From: an uncultured Clostridia bacterium
Lineage (GTDB): Bacteria; Bacillota; Clostridia; Christensenellales; Borkfalkiaceae
Assembly: GCA_944359365.1 (NCBI GenBank)
Contig: CALVST010000003.1
Location: 6,395-70,394 of the forward strand
Reading direction: 5' to 3'
Length of the DNA: 64,000 nucleotides
The notes beneath the pieces were generated by a model. That model saw nothing but the letters and a program-made list of their open reading frames with translations, searched no databases and was not told the origin of the DNA. Shown here one piece after another: positions 17,596 to 26,588 of this stretch; positions within the stretch are counted from its first letter, which is position 1; every line of letters begins with the position of its first letter. The position numbers and the translations under genes are program-made.

Positions 17596-18905
17596 TTTTC
17601 TTCACCCTTGTCCGTTTTTTCCGTCTTTTCTTTGCCTTGTTTTTTCTTTTTATCCTTTTTGCCCTTCTTGTCGTCGGGCTCAGTCTCTTCCTCTTTATTT
17701 TCGAACTGCGCGTTATAAGTGACGTATTTTTCGTCGTCCTTGTGTTCGTCGGCGTATTTCTGCGTATCTTCCGCGATCGCCTGCTTAGATTCGCGCAGTT
17801 TTTTCAAATCATCGCGCGAGAAAGATTCAGGCAGTTCGTACACCTTCAAATCGTCCGTGATGGGCTTGATGGGGCGCGACGACAGTTCCGACTTGACGCT
17901 CATCGCCGCTTCAAGATTCTGCTGATACTCCTGTACCGCCCTGCTCTGCGCGCCGCCCTTCTTGTTCGTCTTTTCGTAAATGCCGCGGTTGACTTTGCCG
18001 CCTTCGCGCTTGGATTCGATGAATTTATCAAACGCCCACTGCGTGTAGTCCAGCCAGATGAGGAGCATCAGCGACAGCCCGAACAAAACAAGTATCACAA
18101 AGCCGATCATCTGGAAGAAGGAACCGAGCAAGATCAAAATGGCAGGGATCGCCATAAGGATGACAAAAAAGATGTTTTGGAAGATCAGCCCGAAAGTCAT
18201 CAAAAAGGAGTTTTTGATGAGCTGATGGAATTTGAGTTTATAACTTCCGCCCATCGCAAGCATCCATAAATACATGAACGTGAATATAACGATGGCGATA
18301 TATGAAACGACCTGCGATATGGTAAAAAGAACCTCGTTGCCCGCCCCCGTTACGATAAACAGATTCGCCCAGCCGATAGCGAGTATCATAAGCTCGAGCA
18401 TGACAACGTAAAAGAGGGTAGACAAAAGCACGACGCCTATGTTTATTTTTATGCCACGCCAAAAATCGTTGGCGACGAATATGCCCTCCGTCCAGACCAT
18501 GTTGCGGATGACGTACATGCCGCCCGAGATCCCGATGCCCGCGATCAGCGCGCCGATCAGGAAAAAGGGCGAAAACATGAGGTTCGTAGAAACGGTGAGC
18601 TGTTCGGGCAGCCCTACGAGCGACGGCACTGCGGGATACCCTACAAGCATCCACTGCGAAAAGGGAAGCATCGCCCCCTGCGCCGACATATATGCCATTC
18701 TGAAGACGATCACGACGACCAGCGGAATGCAAAACAGCACCATCAAAAGATTGACGATGACAAGTTTTGAAAACCTGCCCTTGAATATATCCCAAAAGAG
18801 CGCCCAGCGGTTGGTCGGAAGCGTGCTCCTTGCATATTCCTCGTCACGCTCCTTGCCTTCGAGCATCCTCGCTATAAAGCCCTTTTTTTCACCCTGACGT
18901 GCCAT
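17592..18905 (-). CDS. Multi-pass membrane protein (DUF624/YesL-like) with a charged C-terminal tail
   Basis: Several TMs, a DFWRGIKIN segment and an IKNSFLMTFG segment, then a long K/E/D-rich tail. Confidence 0.6.
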   Translation of the reverse strand: MARQGEKKGFIARMLEGKERDEEYARSTLPTNRWALFWDIFKGRFSKLVIVNLLMVLFCIPLVVVIVFRMAYMSAQGAMLPFSQWMLVGYPAVPSLVGLPEQLTVSTNLMFSPFFLIGALIAGIGISGGMYVIRNMVWTEGIFVANDFWRGIKINIGVVLLSTLFYVVMLELMILAIGWANLFIVTGAGNEVLFTISQVVSYIAIVIFTFMYLWMLAMGGSYKLKFHQLIKNSFLMTFGLIFQNIFFVILMAIPAILILLGSFFQMIGFVILVLFGLSLMLLIWLDYTQWAFDKFIESKREGGKVNRGIYEKTNKKGGAQSRAVQEYQQNLEAAMSVKSELSSRPIKPITDDLKVYELPESFSRDDLKKLRESKQAIAEDTQKYADEHKDDEKYVTYNAQFENKEEETEPDDKKGKKDKKKKQGKEKTEKTDKGEEK

Positions 18906-19053
18906 AGTACCTCCGTTATGCGCGGCGCCGCGGCATTCCTGCCAAAAATTGCGCCGTTTAGGATATTCTACTACAAAACGGAAATTTTATCAATTAAAAT
19001 ACTGCCGATATAAAAAAATATTCGCCCCTTTCACCTACATTTCGTTTTTTCCT

Positions 19054-19082
19054 TTGACATTTATGCGGGGATATGATAGAAT
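19054..19082 (+). promoter_or_regulatory. SigA promoter of the lysine riboswitch/asd operon
   Basis: TTGACA-17 nt-TAGAAT with extended TG. Confidence 0.8.
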
Positions 19083-19089
19083 AAGTGCG

Positions 19090-19257
19090 CGAAATAGAGG
19101 AGCGGACGAGCATGAGTATCCCCCGCCGCAAGGAAAGCGGAGTTTCCGCGGGGGAAAAAGGGCATCTCCGCCGAAGCGCGCGCGTCTTCCGCAGGCGCCG
19201 ACGCTGGGCGTAAAGGTCAATACCTTTGCGACTGTCACCGACGTGGAGAACTATTCG
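19090..19257 (+). ncRNA. Lysine riboswitch (L-box)
   Basis: Conserved blocks in order: AGAGGAGC, AGTA, AAAGG, GCCGAA, TGGG, AATA, ACTGTC, GGAG..CTA. P1 is aatag/ctatt. Complementary gcggag/ttccgc loops could form the kissing interaction. Lies upstream of asd-dapA-dapB, with a hairpin plus T run at about 19315-19343. Confidence 0.9.
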
Positions 19258-19375
19258 AGCCGAAACCCGCAGCGCAAGCCGCGGCATATTCAGCAATTCG
19301 GAATAGCTGTATCGTGTGCGGTGCACTTCGCCCCGCATTTTTTGTTATCATTTTTATTTTTAGGAGATATACATC

Positions 19376-20455
19376 ATGAAAAAGTTCAACGTCGCCGTCA
19401 TCGGCGCGACGGGCATGGTAGGACAGCGTTTTCTGCTTCTGCTCGAAAACCACCCCTGGTTCAACCCCGTAGCTTTGGCGGCTTCCCCCTCTTCCGCCGG
19501 GAAAAAATATGAAGACGCCGTAGCGGGCCGTTGGGCGATGACTTCGCCCATTCCCGAACGGTATAAAACCATGACCGTGCTCGACGCCGAGGCGGACGTG
19601 CAGAAGATCGCATCCCTCGCCGACTTCGTTTTCTGTGCGGTCAACATGAAAAAGGACGAGATACGCGCCCTCGAAGAGAAGTACGCCAAGGCGGAAGTGC
19701 CCGTCATTTCCAACAATTCGGCGCACAGGGGCACGCCCGACGTTCCCATGATCATCCCCGAGATCAACCCCGAACACGCCGAGATCATCGGCGCGCAGAA
19801 AAAGCGCATCGGCACAAAGCGCGGCTTTATCGCCGTGAAGAGCAACTGCTCTCTGCAAAGCTATGTGCCCGCACTGCACCCGCTCAAAAAATTCGGCGTG
19901 AAGTGTGCGGCGGTCACCACTTATCAGGCGATCAGCGGCGCGGGCAAAACGTTCGACAGGATGCCCGAGATCATCGACAACGTGATCCCCTACATCGGCG
20001 GCGAAGAGGAAAAGTCCGAACTCGAACCGCTGAAAATTTGGGGACAAATCGAGGGCGATAAAATCGTAAACGCGACATCCCCCAAGATCACGGCGCAATG
20101 CCTGCGCGTGCCCGTTTCCGACGGACATACCGCGGCGGTGTTCGTATCTTTCGATAAAAAGCCGACGAAGGAAGAAATTTTGCAGGCATGGGACGAATTT
20201 TCGGGCGAACCGCAAAAACTCGGGCTTCCGAGCGCGCCGAAAAAATTCCTGCACTACTTTGAAGAAAACGACCGCCCGCAGGCAAAGCTGGACAGAATGC
20301 TGGAAAACGGCATGGCGGTATCGGTGGGCAGGCTGCGCGAAGATATCCTTTTCGACTACAAGTTCGTATGCCTTTCGCACAACACCTTGCGCGGCGCGGC
20401 AGGCGGCGCGGTGCTCATGGCGGAGCTTTTAGCGGCAAAGGGCTATTTGGACTAA
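19376..20455 (+). CDS. asd: Aspartate-semialdehyde dehydrogenase
   Basis: GATGMVGQ, catalytic SNCS, YQAISGAG, RVPVSDGH and HNTLRGAAG. Confidence 0.96.
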   Translation: MKKFNVAVIGATGMVGQRFLLLLENHPWFNPVALAASPSSAGKKYEDAVAGRWAMTSPIPERYKTMTVLDAEADVQKIASLADFVFCAVNMKKDEIRALEEKYAKAEVPVISNNSAHRGTPDVPMIIPEINPEHAEIIGAQKKRIGTKRGFIAVKSNCSLQSYVPALHPLKKFGVKCAAVTTYQAISGAGKTFDRMPEIIDNVIPYIGGEEEKSELEPLKIWGQIEGDKIVNATSPKITAQCLRVPVSDGHTAAVFVSFDKKPTKEEILQAWDEFSGEPQKLGLPSAPKKFLHYFEENDRPQAKLDRMLENGMAVSVGRLREDILFDYKFVCLSHNTLRGAAGGAVLMAELLAAKGYLD

Positions 20456-20497
20456 GCTGCGCAACGCGCGCATAAATTATAACGGGAGAGCTGAAAC

Positions 20498-21391
20498 ATG
20501 ACCAATTTTTTTAACGGAACGGCGACGGCGATGATAACGCCCTTTGCAAAGGACGGCGGCATCGAATTCGATTCCTTCGGAAAGATGATCGACTATCAGA
20601 TAGAGAACGGCACCGACGCGCTCGTCATATTGGGCACGACGGGCGAACCCGCGACGATGAGCGAGGCGGAAAAGGAAGACGTGATGCGCTTTTCCGTCGA
20701 AAAAGTCGCAAAGCGCGCAAAGATTATTTTCGGCAGCGGTTCCAACTGCACCGCGCACGCCGTGGAGGCGAGCATAAAGGCGGAAAAATTCGGCGCCGAC
20801 GGTCTGCTCGCAGTGACTCCCTACTACAACAAATGCACCCAAAACGGCATATACGAATATTATAAAGCCATATCCGACGCGGTGCGTATCCCCATCATCT
20901 GCTACAACGTGCCGCCGCGCACGGGCGTGAACATTCTGCCCGCCACGATGGAACGCATCGCAGCGCTCAAAAACATTGCGGGCGTGAAAGAGGCATGCGG
21001 CAACATGGAACAAATTTGCGAAACGGCGCGCCGTATCCGCGGAAAATGCGACCTGTATTCGGGGGACGACAACCTGAACCTTCCCATCCTTGCCATCGGC
21101 GGGGCGGGGCTCATTTCCGTTGCGTCCAACATCATCCCCAAAGAGACGAAGATGCTCTACAACTTCGTACAAGCGGGCGATCTGAGATCGGCGAACGAAA
21201 TACAGGATAAAATGCTCCCCCTCATCGACGCGATGTTCATGGAAGTCAACCCTATCCCCGCGAAAGCGGCTGCGGAGATGATCGGCCTCGGCGGCGGAGT
21301 GCCCCGCGCGCCCCTTACCGAGCTTGAACCCGCGCACAAGGAAGAGATGCGCAAGGTCCTGACCGGATTCGGGCTGAACGTGATCGCGTAA
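20498..21391 (+). CDS. dapA: 4-hydroxy-tetrahydrodipicolinate synthase
   Basis: GTTGE, VTPYYNK, YNVPPRTG, GVKEA and NPIP motifs. Confidence 0.96.
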   Translation: MTNFFNGTATAMITPFAKDGGIEFDSFGKMIDYQIENGTDALVILGTTGEPATMSEAEKEDVMRFSVEKVAKRAKIIFGSGSNCTAHAVEASIKAEKFGADGLLAVTPYYNKCTQNGIYEYYKAISDAVRIPIICYNVPPRTGVNILPATMERIAALKNIAGVKEACGNMEQICETARRIRGKCDLYSGDDNLNLPILAIGGAGLISVASNIIPKETKMLYNFVQAGDLRSANEIQDKMLPLIDAMFMEVNPIPAKAAAEMIGLGGGVPRAPLTELEPAHKEEMRKVLTGFGLNVIA

Positions 21392-21448
21392 AACGGACAA
21401 AAAAGCGCCCTTCGCCATGCGCGGGGCGTTTTATGTAAGGAGATAACT

Positions 21449-22201
21449 ATGGTCAAAATACTCATCAGCGGCATTTTCGGACACATGGGCAGGAACGTTG
21501 CGGAGCTTGTTGCGGCAGATAAAGACTGCGAGCTCATGTGCGGCGTAGACCTGAAAGCGGGAGAGCTGAACGGCGCACCCGTTTACGCGTCCTTTGCAGA
21601 CGTAAAGGAAAAGGCGGACGCCGTGATAGACTTTTCGAGCGCGGCAAACCTTGCGAACGTGCTCTCTTATGCGGAAACATTCGGCGTTCCAGCGGTCCTC
21701 GCGGCGACGGGCTACACGGAAGCCGACCTGAAAGCGATAGACGAAGCGAGCAAAAAGGTGGCGATTTTCAAAACGGCAAACCTTTCCGTCGGGATAAACC
21801 TGTTGCAAAAACTCGTAAAGGAGGCGGCGGCATTCCTCGGAGAAGCTTTCGACATCGAGATCGTGGAAAAACACCACAACCTGAAAAAGGACGCCCCTTC
21901 CGGCACGGCGCTCATGCTTGCCGAAAGCGCGAACGAGGCGTTCGAAGGCGGCAAAAACTATGTTTACGGGCGCGAAGGCATGGTCGGCGCGCGCGATAAA
22001 AAGGAGATAGGCATCCACGCGGTGCGCGGCGGCACCATCGTCGGCGAGCACGAAGTGATGTTTGCGGGAGAGGACGAGATCATCACCCTGTCGCACAGCG
22101 CGCGCAGCAAAAAGGTGTTTGCGGCGGGCGCCGTTACCGCAGCGAAGTTCGTTGCGGGAAAGCCCGCAGGCAAATACGACATGCACGACGTGATAGGCTG
22201 A
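21449..22201 (+). CDS. dapB: 4-hydroxy-tetrahydrodipicolinate reductase
   Basis: GHMG, IDFS, EKHHNLKKDAPSGTA and RGGTIVGEH. Confidence 0.96.
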   Translation: MVKILISGIFGHMGRNVAELVAADKDCELMCGVDLKAGELNGAPVYASFADVKEKADAVIDFSSAANLANVLSYAETFGVPAVLAATGYTEADLKAIDEASKKVAIFKTANLSVGINLLQKLVKEAAAFLGEAFDIEIVEKHHNLKKDAPSGTALMLAESANEAFEGGKNYVYGREGMVGARDKKEIGIHAVRGGTIVGEHEVMFAGEDEIITLSHSARSKKVFAAGAVTAAKFVAGKPAGKYDMHDVIG

Positions 22202-22244
22202 ACATACGGGCGGCGCACATCTCCCCCAATGCGCCTGCCTGCGC

Positions 22245-22284
22245 AAAACGCCCCGCGGTATAAAACTGCGGGGCGTTCTTTTTT
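22245..22284. terminator. Bidirectional terminator
   Basis: aacgccccgcggt-ataaa-actgcggggcgtt followed by a T run. Confidence 0.8.
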
Positions 22285-22289
22285 ACTTT

Positions 22290-23528
22290 TTATTTTTCCG
22301 TTTCAAACGCCCAATTGCCGTCCTTGAAAATCTGTACGCGCGCGCCCGTATCGGTAATGCCGATGATGTCGAGATCGTCGGTGCCGATCATAAAATCGAC
22401 GTGTATCGCGGAATCGTTCACGCCGAGAACTTTCAGCTCTTTCTCGGAATATTTTTCAAAATCGCGCACGCAGTTGTCGAATCCCCTGCCGAGCGCGAGA
22501 TGGCACGCCGCGTTTTCGTCGAAAAGCGTATTATAAAACAGCGTTTTGGAACGGGATATGGGCGAATCGTAAGGCACAAGCGCGCATTCGCCGATATAGC
22601 TTGCCCCTTCGTCGGCGGCGAGCATCTTTTTCAGCACCGTTTCTCCCTGCGAGGCGTGCGCCTCGACAGCCTTTCCGTTCTCGAAACGAATGGAAAAATT
22701 GCGTATGACCTGCCCCTGATAGGAAAGGGGTTTCGTGGAATATACGATGCCCTCCGCATCGCCCCGCTTAGGCGTGGTATACACCTCTTCCGAGGGGATG
22801 TTCGGGTTGAAAGGAATGCCCGAAAGCGTCTTTTCTTCCCCGCCCGCGAACACGCTCTCCTTCATCAGCCCGACGCGCAGGCGCGTGCCGTTGCCGCTTT
22901 TATATTCGAGGGACGAGACGCCCAACCCGTTGAGAAAAGCGCAGCGCGCGGCGAGATCTTTGTTGTGCGCCGCCCAATTCGCCATGGGGTTGCCGTCTGC
23001 ACGGGAAGCGGAAATGATCGCGTTCCACAGTCTTTCCACTGCCGCCGCGCCGCTCTTTTCTTTGGGGAATACCTTTTTCGCCCATTCTTCGCCCGCCGCC
23101 GCGGCGATGCACCATTGGTCTTTATTTTCGCGCTCGTCGCGGTAAGGTTTTATGACGGCGGAGCGCGCACGCATCGCGTCGGCATATTTTTCCGCGTCGA
23201 TGCCGCGCATGCCGTCGGGATCTTCGCTCATGATGTACAGATGCGCGGGGAGCGTTCTCGCCTGCCATTTCAGCCCCGCCTCTTCCCACGGGAACACGCG
23301 AGAAAGCTGTTCCAAAGAACGCTGCTCCGCATTCATGCGCGAAAGCGGCTGATGCGTCCATTCGGGAAAAACTTTTCTCGCCCCCGCACGGTAACATTCT
23401 TCCGCCACAAGCAGCACGAATTCCGCCTGCGATATGTCGGCGGTGACGATCACGTCCTGCCCCTTCTGCACGTTCAGCCCCGTTTTGGCGAGCAATTTCG
23501 CATAATTTTTCAGAACCGTTTTCTGCAT
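22290..23528 (-). CDS. M29 (AmpS/PepS/AmpT-like) aminopeptidase, copy 2
   Basis: PNIPSEEVYT, GECALV, LFDENAACHLALG and HVDFMIG. Confidence 0.93.
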   Translation of the reverse strand: MQKTVLKNYAKLLAKTGLNVQKGQDVIVTADISQAEFVLLVAEECYRAGARKVFPEWTHQPLSRMNAEQRSLEQLSRVFPWEEAGLKWQARTLPAHLYIMSEDPDGMRGIDAEKYADAMRARSAVIKPYRDERENKDQWCIAAAAGEEWAKKVFPKEKSGAAAVERLWNAIISASRADGNPMANWAAHNKDLAARCAFLNGLGVSSLEYKSGNGTRLRVGLMKESVFAGGEEKTLSGIPFNPNIPSEEVYTTPKRGDAEGIVYSTKPLSYQGQVIRNFSIRFENGKAVEAHASQGETVLKKMLAADEGASYIGECALVPYDSPISRSKTLFYNTLFDENAACHLALGRGFDNCVRDFEKYSEKELKVLGVNDSAIHVDFMIGTDDLDIIGITDTGARVQIFKDGNWAFETEK

Positions 23529-23537
23529 ATTTTCACC

Positions 23538-24764
23538 TCAAAGCGCCCAATTGCCGTCCTTGAATATCTGCACGCGCGCCCCGCTCTTCGTAACGCCCAC
23601 AATGCTCAGATCTTGTGCGCCGATCATAAAATCGACGTGGATGTCCGAATCGTTCACCCCCATTCCGGTAAAGTCCGATTTCGTATAAGCGGCAAAATTT
23701 TCTATCGTATTGCTGTACCCCCTGCCGAGCGCGAGGTGGCAGCAGGCGTTTTCGTCGAAAAGCGTATTGTAAAAGAGGACGCCCGTATTATTGATGGGCG
23801 AATCGTAAGGCACCAACGCGCATTCGCCGAGGTAAGAGGCGCCCTCGTCCATTTTCAGGATGCTTTTGAGCAGCTCTTCGTTTTTCCCGGCGCCGCACGC
23901 GACTGCCCTGCCGCCTTCGAAGCGCAGCCAAAAATCTTCGATGAGTTCCCCGCCGTAGGAAAGCGGTTTGACCGCGTACACGACGCCTTCCGCCTCGCCC
24001 CGCTTGGGCGTTGTGAAGCACTCCTCCGACGGGATGTTCGGGTTGAAATATTTGCCGTCTGCAGTGCACTTTTTACCTGCGATGAACTTCGCCTTCTCTA
24101 TCAGCCCTACTTTCAGGTCGGTGCCGTTCGCGCTCTTGTATTCGAGGGATATAAAGCCGTAGGCGTTGAGCGTATCGCACTTTTCTTTCAGTTCGCGGTT
24201 GTGCCACATCCAATCGGTAAGCGGATCTTTTCCGTCGGCGCGGGAAGTATGTAAGATAAGCTGCCACAGCTTTTCCACCGCGGCGGACGCGCGCTCTTCG
24301 GGGAATACCTTTTTTGCCCACCCGACGGAAGGCACTGCCGCCACGCACCATTGATGGCGGTTGGTCATTTTATCGGAATACGGCTTAGTGATCGCCGCGC
24401 GCGCCATCTGCGCCAAGGTGAGTTTTTCCCTGTCCGCCCCCTTCATGCCGTCCGGATCGGCAGACAATATTTTAATGGTCACGGGAAAAGTTTCCGCTTT
24501 ATAAGCGAGTTTTGCCTCTTCGCCCGGCTCTACCGACGAGAGGGCGCGCACGCTTTCAAAGCGCGAGGCGAGCTTGTCGAACTTTTGATACTTCCACTCC
24601 ACAAACACGTCGGAAGCGCCCGCGGCATAACATTCTTCGGCGAGCATGCGCACAAAATCGCTGCTCTCTATTTCGGCGGTAATGAAAACTTCCTGCCCTT
24701 TTTGGATATTGCCGCCCACGCGGGCGATGAGTTTTGCATAATTTTTGACGAGCGATCTCTTCAT
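23538..24764 (-). CDS. M29 (AmpS/PepS/AmpT-like) aminopeptidase, copy 1
   Basis: PNIPSEECFT, GECALV, LFDENACCHLALGRGY and HVDFMIG. Confidence 0.93.
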   Translation of the reverse strand: MKRSLVKNYAKLIARVGGNIQKGQEVFITAEIESSDFVRMLAEECYAAGASDVFVEWKYQKFDKLASRFESVRALSSVEPGEEAKLAYKAETFPVTIKILSADPDGMKGADREKLTLAQMARAAITKPYSDKMTNRHQWCVAAVPSVGWAKKVFPEERASAAVEKLWQLILHTSRADGKDPLTDWMWHNRELKEKCDTLNAYGFISLEYKSANGTDLKVGLIEKAKFIAGKKCTADGKYFNPNIPSEECFTTPKRGEAEGVVYAVKPLSYGGELIEDFWLRFEGGRAVACGAGKNEELLKSILKMDEGASYLGECALVPYDSPINNTGVLFYNTLFDENACCHLALGRGYSNTIENFAAYTKSDFTGMGVNDSDIHVDFMIGAQDLSIVGVTKSGARVQIFKDGNWAL

Positions 24765-24842
24765 AAAAACTCCCGCGGCGCACCGCGCCGCTTTTCGTAA
24801 ATATTTTAACCTTTTTGTGCAAAAAAGTCAACCGCCCGCCGC

Positions 24843-24871
24843 TTGACAGACAAATTTGCACGCCCTATAAT
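24843..24871 (+). promoter_or_regulatory. Consensus SigA promoter directly abutting the start codon
   Basis: TTGACA-17 nt-TATAAT, then 6 nt, then ATG. Confidence 0.85.
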
Positions 24872-24877
24872 ATAGGC

Positions 24878-25513
24878 ATGAAGATAGAAAGCCCGAAATT
24901 TTCGCAAAACCCTACAGCCGCCGCAGCCGAATTTTTTCCCGCCGCGGAAGAACGGACGGAATCGCTCCGGTTCGCAAAGGCTGACTTTGCCGCGCGCCCC
25001 CTTGCGGGCGCGGAATTTTATGAATGTATTTTTTCCTCCTGCGCCTTTACGCAGGCGCGCCTTCGCGGCGCTGACTTTGCCGACGTATCGTTCGAACGGT
25101 GCGACTTTTCGGGGGCAGACCTTTCCAAATGTTCCTTCCGCCGCGTGCGGTTTTCCGACTGCAAGGGCGTGGGCGCAGACTTTTCGGAAAGTTCTTTCCG
25201 CGACGTGCTTTTTGAAAAATGCGCCCTTTCCTATTCCAATTTCAATGAATCCAAGTGCAACGCCGCCGCGTTTACCGACTGCGTCATGTCCTCGGCGGAC
25301 ATGGCGCACTGCACGCTGAAAAATTTTTCCGCCGAAAAATGCGTCTTTGCGCGCGTCAACTTTTTCAGAACGCTGCTCAAAGGCGCGGACCTTCGCACTT
25401 CGGATATCGCGGGGGCGGCTTTTTCGGGCGACCTTTGCGAATTGAAGGGCGCAAAAATCAACATGATGCAGGGAGCTGCTCTTTTGCGGGCTTTGGGCAT
25501 AGACGCGGAATAA
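24878..25513 (+). CDS. Pentapeptide repeat protein
   Basis: Tandem [AC][DS]F[ST]x pentapeptides such as ADFAD VSFER CDFSG ADLSK CSFRR. Start taken as ATG 24878. Confidence 0.9.
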   Translation: MKIESPKFSQNPTAAAAEFFPAAEERTESLRFAKADFAARPLAGAEFYECIFSSCAFTQARLRGADFADVSFERCDFSGADLSKCSFRRVRFSDCKGVGADFSESSFRDVLFEKCALSYSNFNESKCNAAAFTDCVMSSADMAHCTLKNFSAEKCVFARVNFFRTLLKGADLRTSDIAGAAFSGDLCELKGAKINMMQGAALLRALGIDAE

Positions 25514-25528
25514 AAAATTTAAATGGCA

Positions 25529-25562
25529 AGGCGGCGCGGATCAGATCCGCGCCGCCTGTTTT
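25529..25562 (+). terminator. Intrinsic terminator
   Basis: aggcggcgcggatc-a-gatccgcgccgcct followed by gtttt. Confidence 0.8.
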
Positions 25563-25659
25563 CATAAAAGCGGAACAAACCGCCAAATTTACATAAAAAG
25601 CACAAAAAAAACGCACCCGCCGAAGGCGGGCACGCACTTTACAAAATATATAACAAAAG

Positions 25660-26553
25660 TCAAAGTTCTTTATTGAACAGTTTGAAGAACTCTTTCGTCG
25701 CATAAGATACGGGCTGATTTTTCGGGAACGCTATGCCGATGGAACGCGCGGGAAGCGCGGGTTCCGTTCTGATCTCGAAAAGCGTTTTGTCGTCGTTGAG
25801 TTCGCGGCGCACATATTCCTTGGGCACGCAGGCGATGCCCACGCCGTTTTTGGCAAGCTGTATCATGAGTTCGAGGCTGCCGCACTCTACTTCCGGGTGT
25901 AAATGCACGCCGATGGAGTGAGAAAAATTGATGATCGCTTTGCGCGTGACCGTATTTTGATCGAGCATCAAAAGCGGATAATCGTGCATGGATTTAAGGG
26001 GCTGTACGTCCTCTGCCAGCGCGGCATAGTTCTTATTTGCGACGAATGTGTCGTGCAGCGGCATGATGGTGCCCGAAAGATTGATGTCTTTATCGTCCAC
26101 GGGCAGGTTCAGGAATGCTATGTCGCACTTGTTGTTTTTCAAAAGATCGAGCGTTTCGGTCGTGATGCAGTTGATAAGGTTGATCTTTACGTCCGGAAAT
26201 TTTTCGTGGTATTCCGCTATTTTGTCTATCACGACGTAAGAAAAGATGGTATCCGACGCGCTGATGCGTATGGTACCCGTCGCTTTCGAATTGATCTCTT
26301 TTAATTTGTTTTCCGCCTCGTCCAGTTCGCCGAGGGCGCGCGCGACGATGTCGAAGATCTGTTTGCCGCCCTGTTCGGAAAGTTCCATGCCTCGGTGCGT
26401 GCGGTTGAAAAGCGGCGTTCCGAGCTGCCCCTCGAGTTGCTTGATCGCCTGCGAGACCGCGGGCTGACTGATAAACAGCTCGTCCGCAGCCCGCGTAAGG
26501 CTCCCGCACTTTGCGACCGTATAGAAAACTCTGTACAATTCCAAATTGACCAT
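25660..26553 (-). CDS. LysR family transcriptional regulator
   Basis: Start at MVNLELY. HTH SLTRAADELFISQPAVSQAIKQLE...LFNR followed by a substrate-binding domain. Confidence 0.93.
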   Translation of the reverse strand: MVNLELYRVFYTVAKCGSLTRAADELFISQPAVSQAIKQLEGQLGTPLFNRTHRGMELSEQGGKQIFDIVARALGELDEAENKLKEINSKATGTIRISASDTIFSYVVIDKIAEYHEKFPDVKINLINCITTETLDLLKNNKCDIAFLNLPVDDKDINLSGTIMPLHDTFVANKNYAALAEDVQPLKSMHDYPLLMLDQNTVTRKAIINFSHSIGVHLHPEVECGSLELMIQLAKNGVGIACVPKEYVRRELNDDKTLFEIRTEPALPARSIGIAFPKNQPVSYATKEFFKLFNKEL

Positions 26554-26588
26554 TTTCAGTCTTCTCCCTTGTCTTTCTGCTTCGACTT

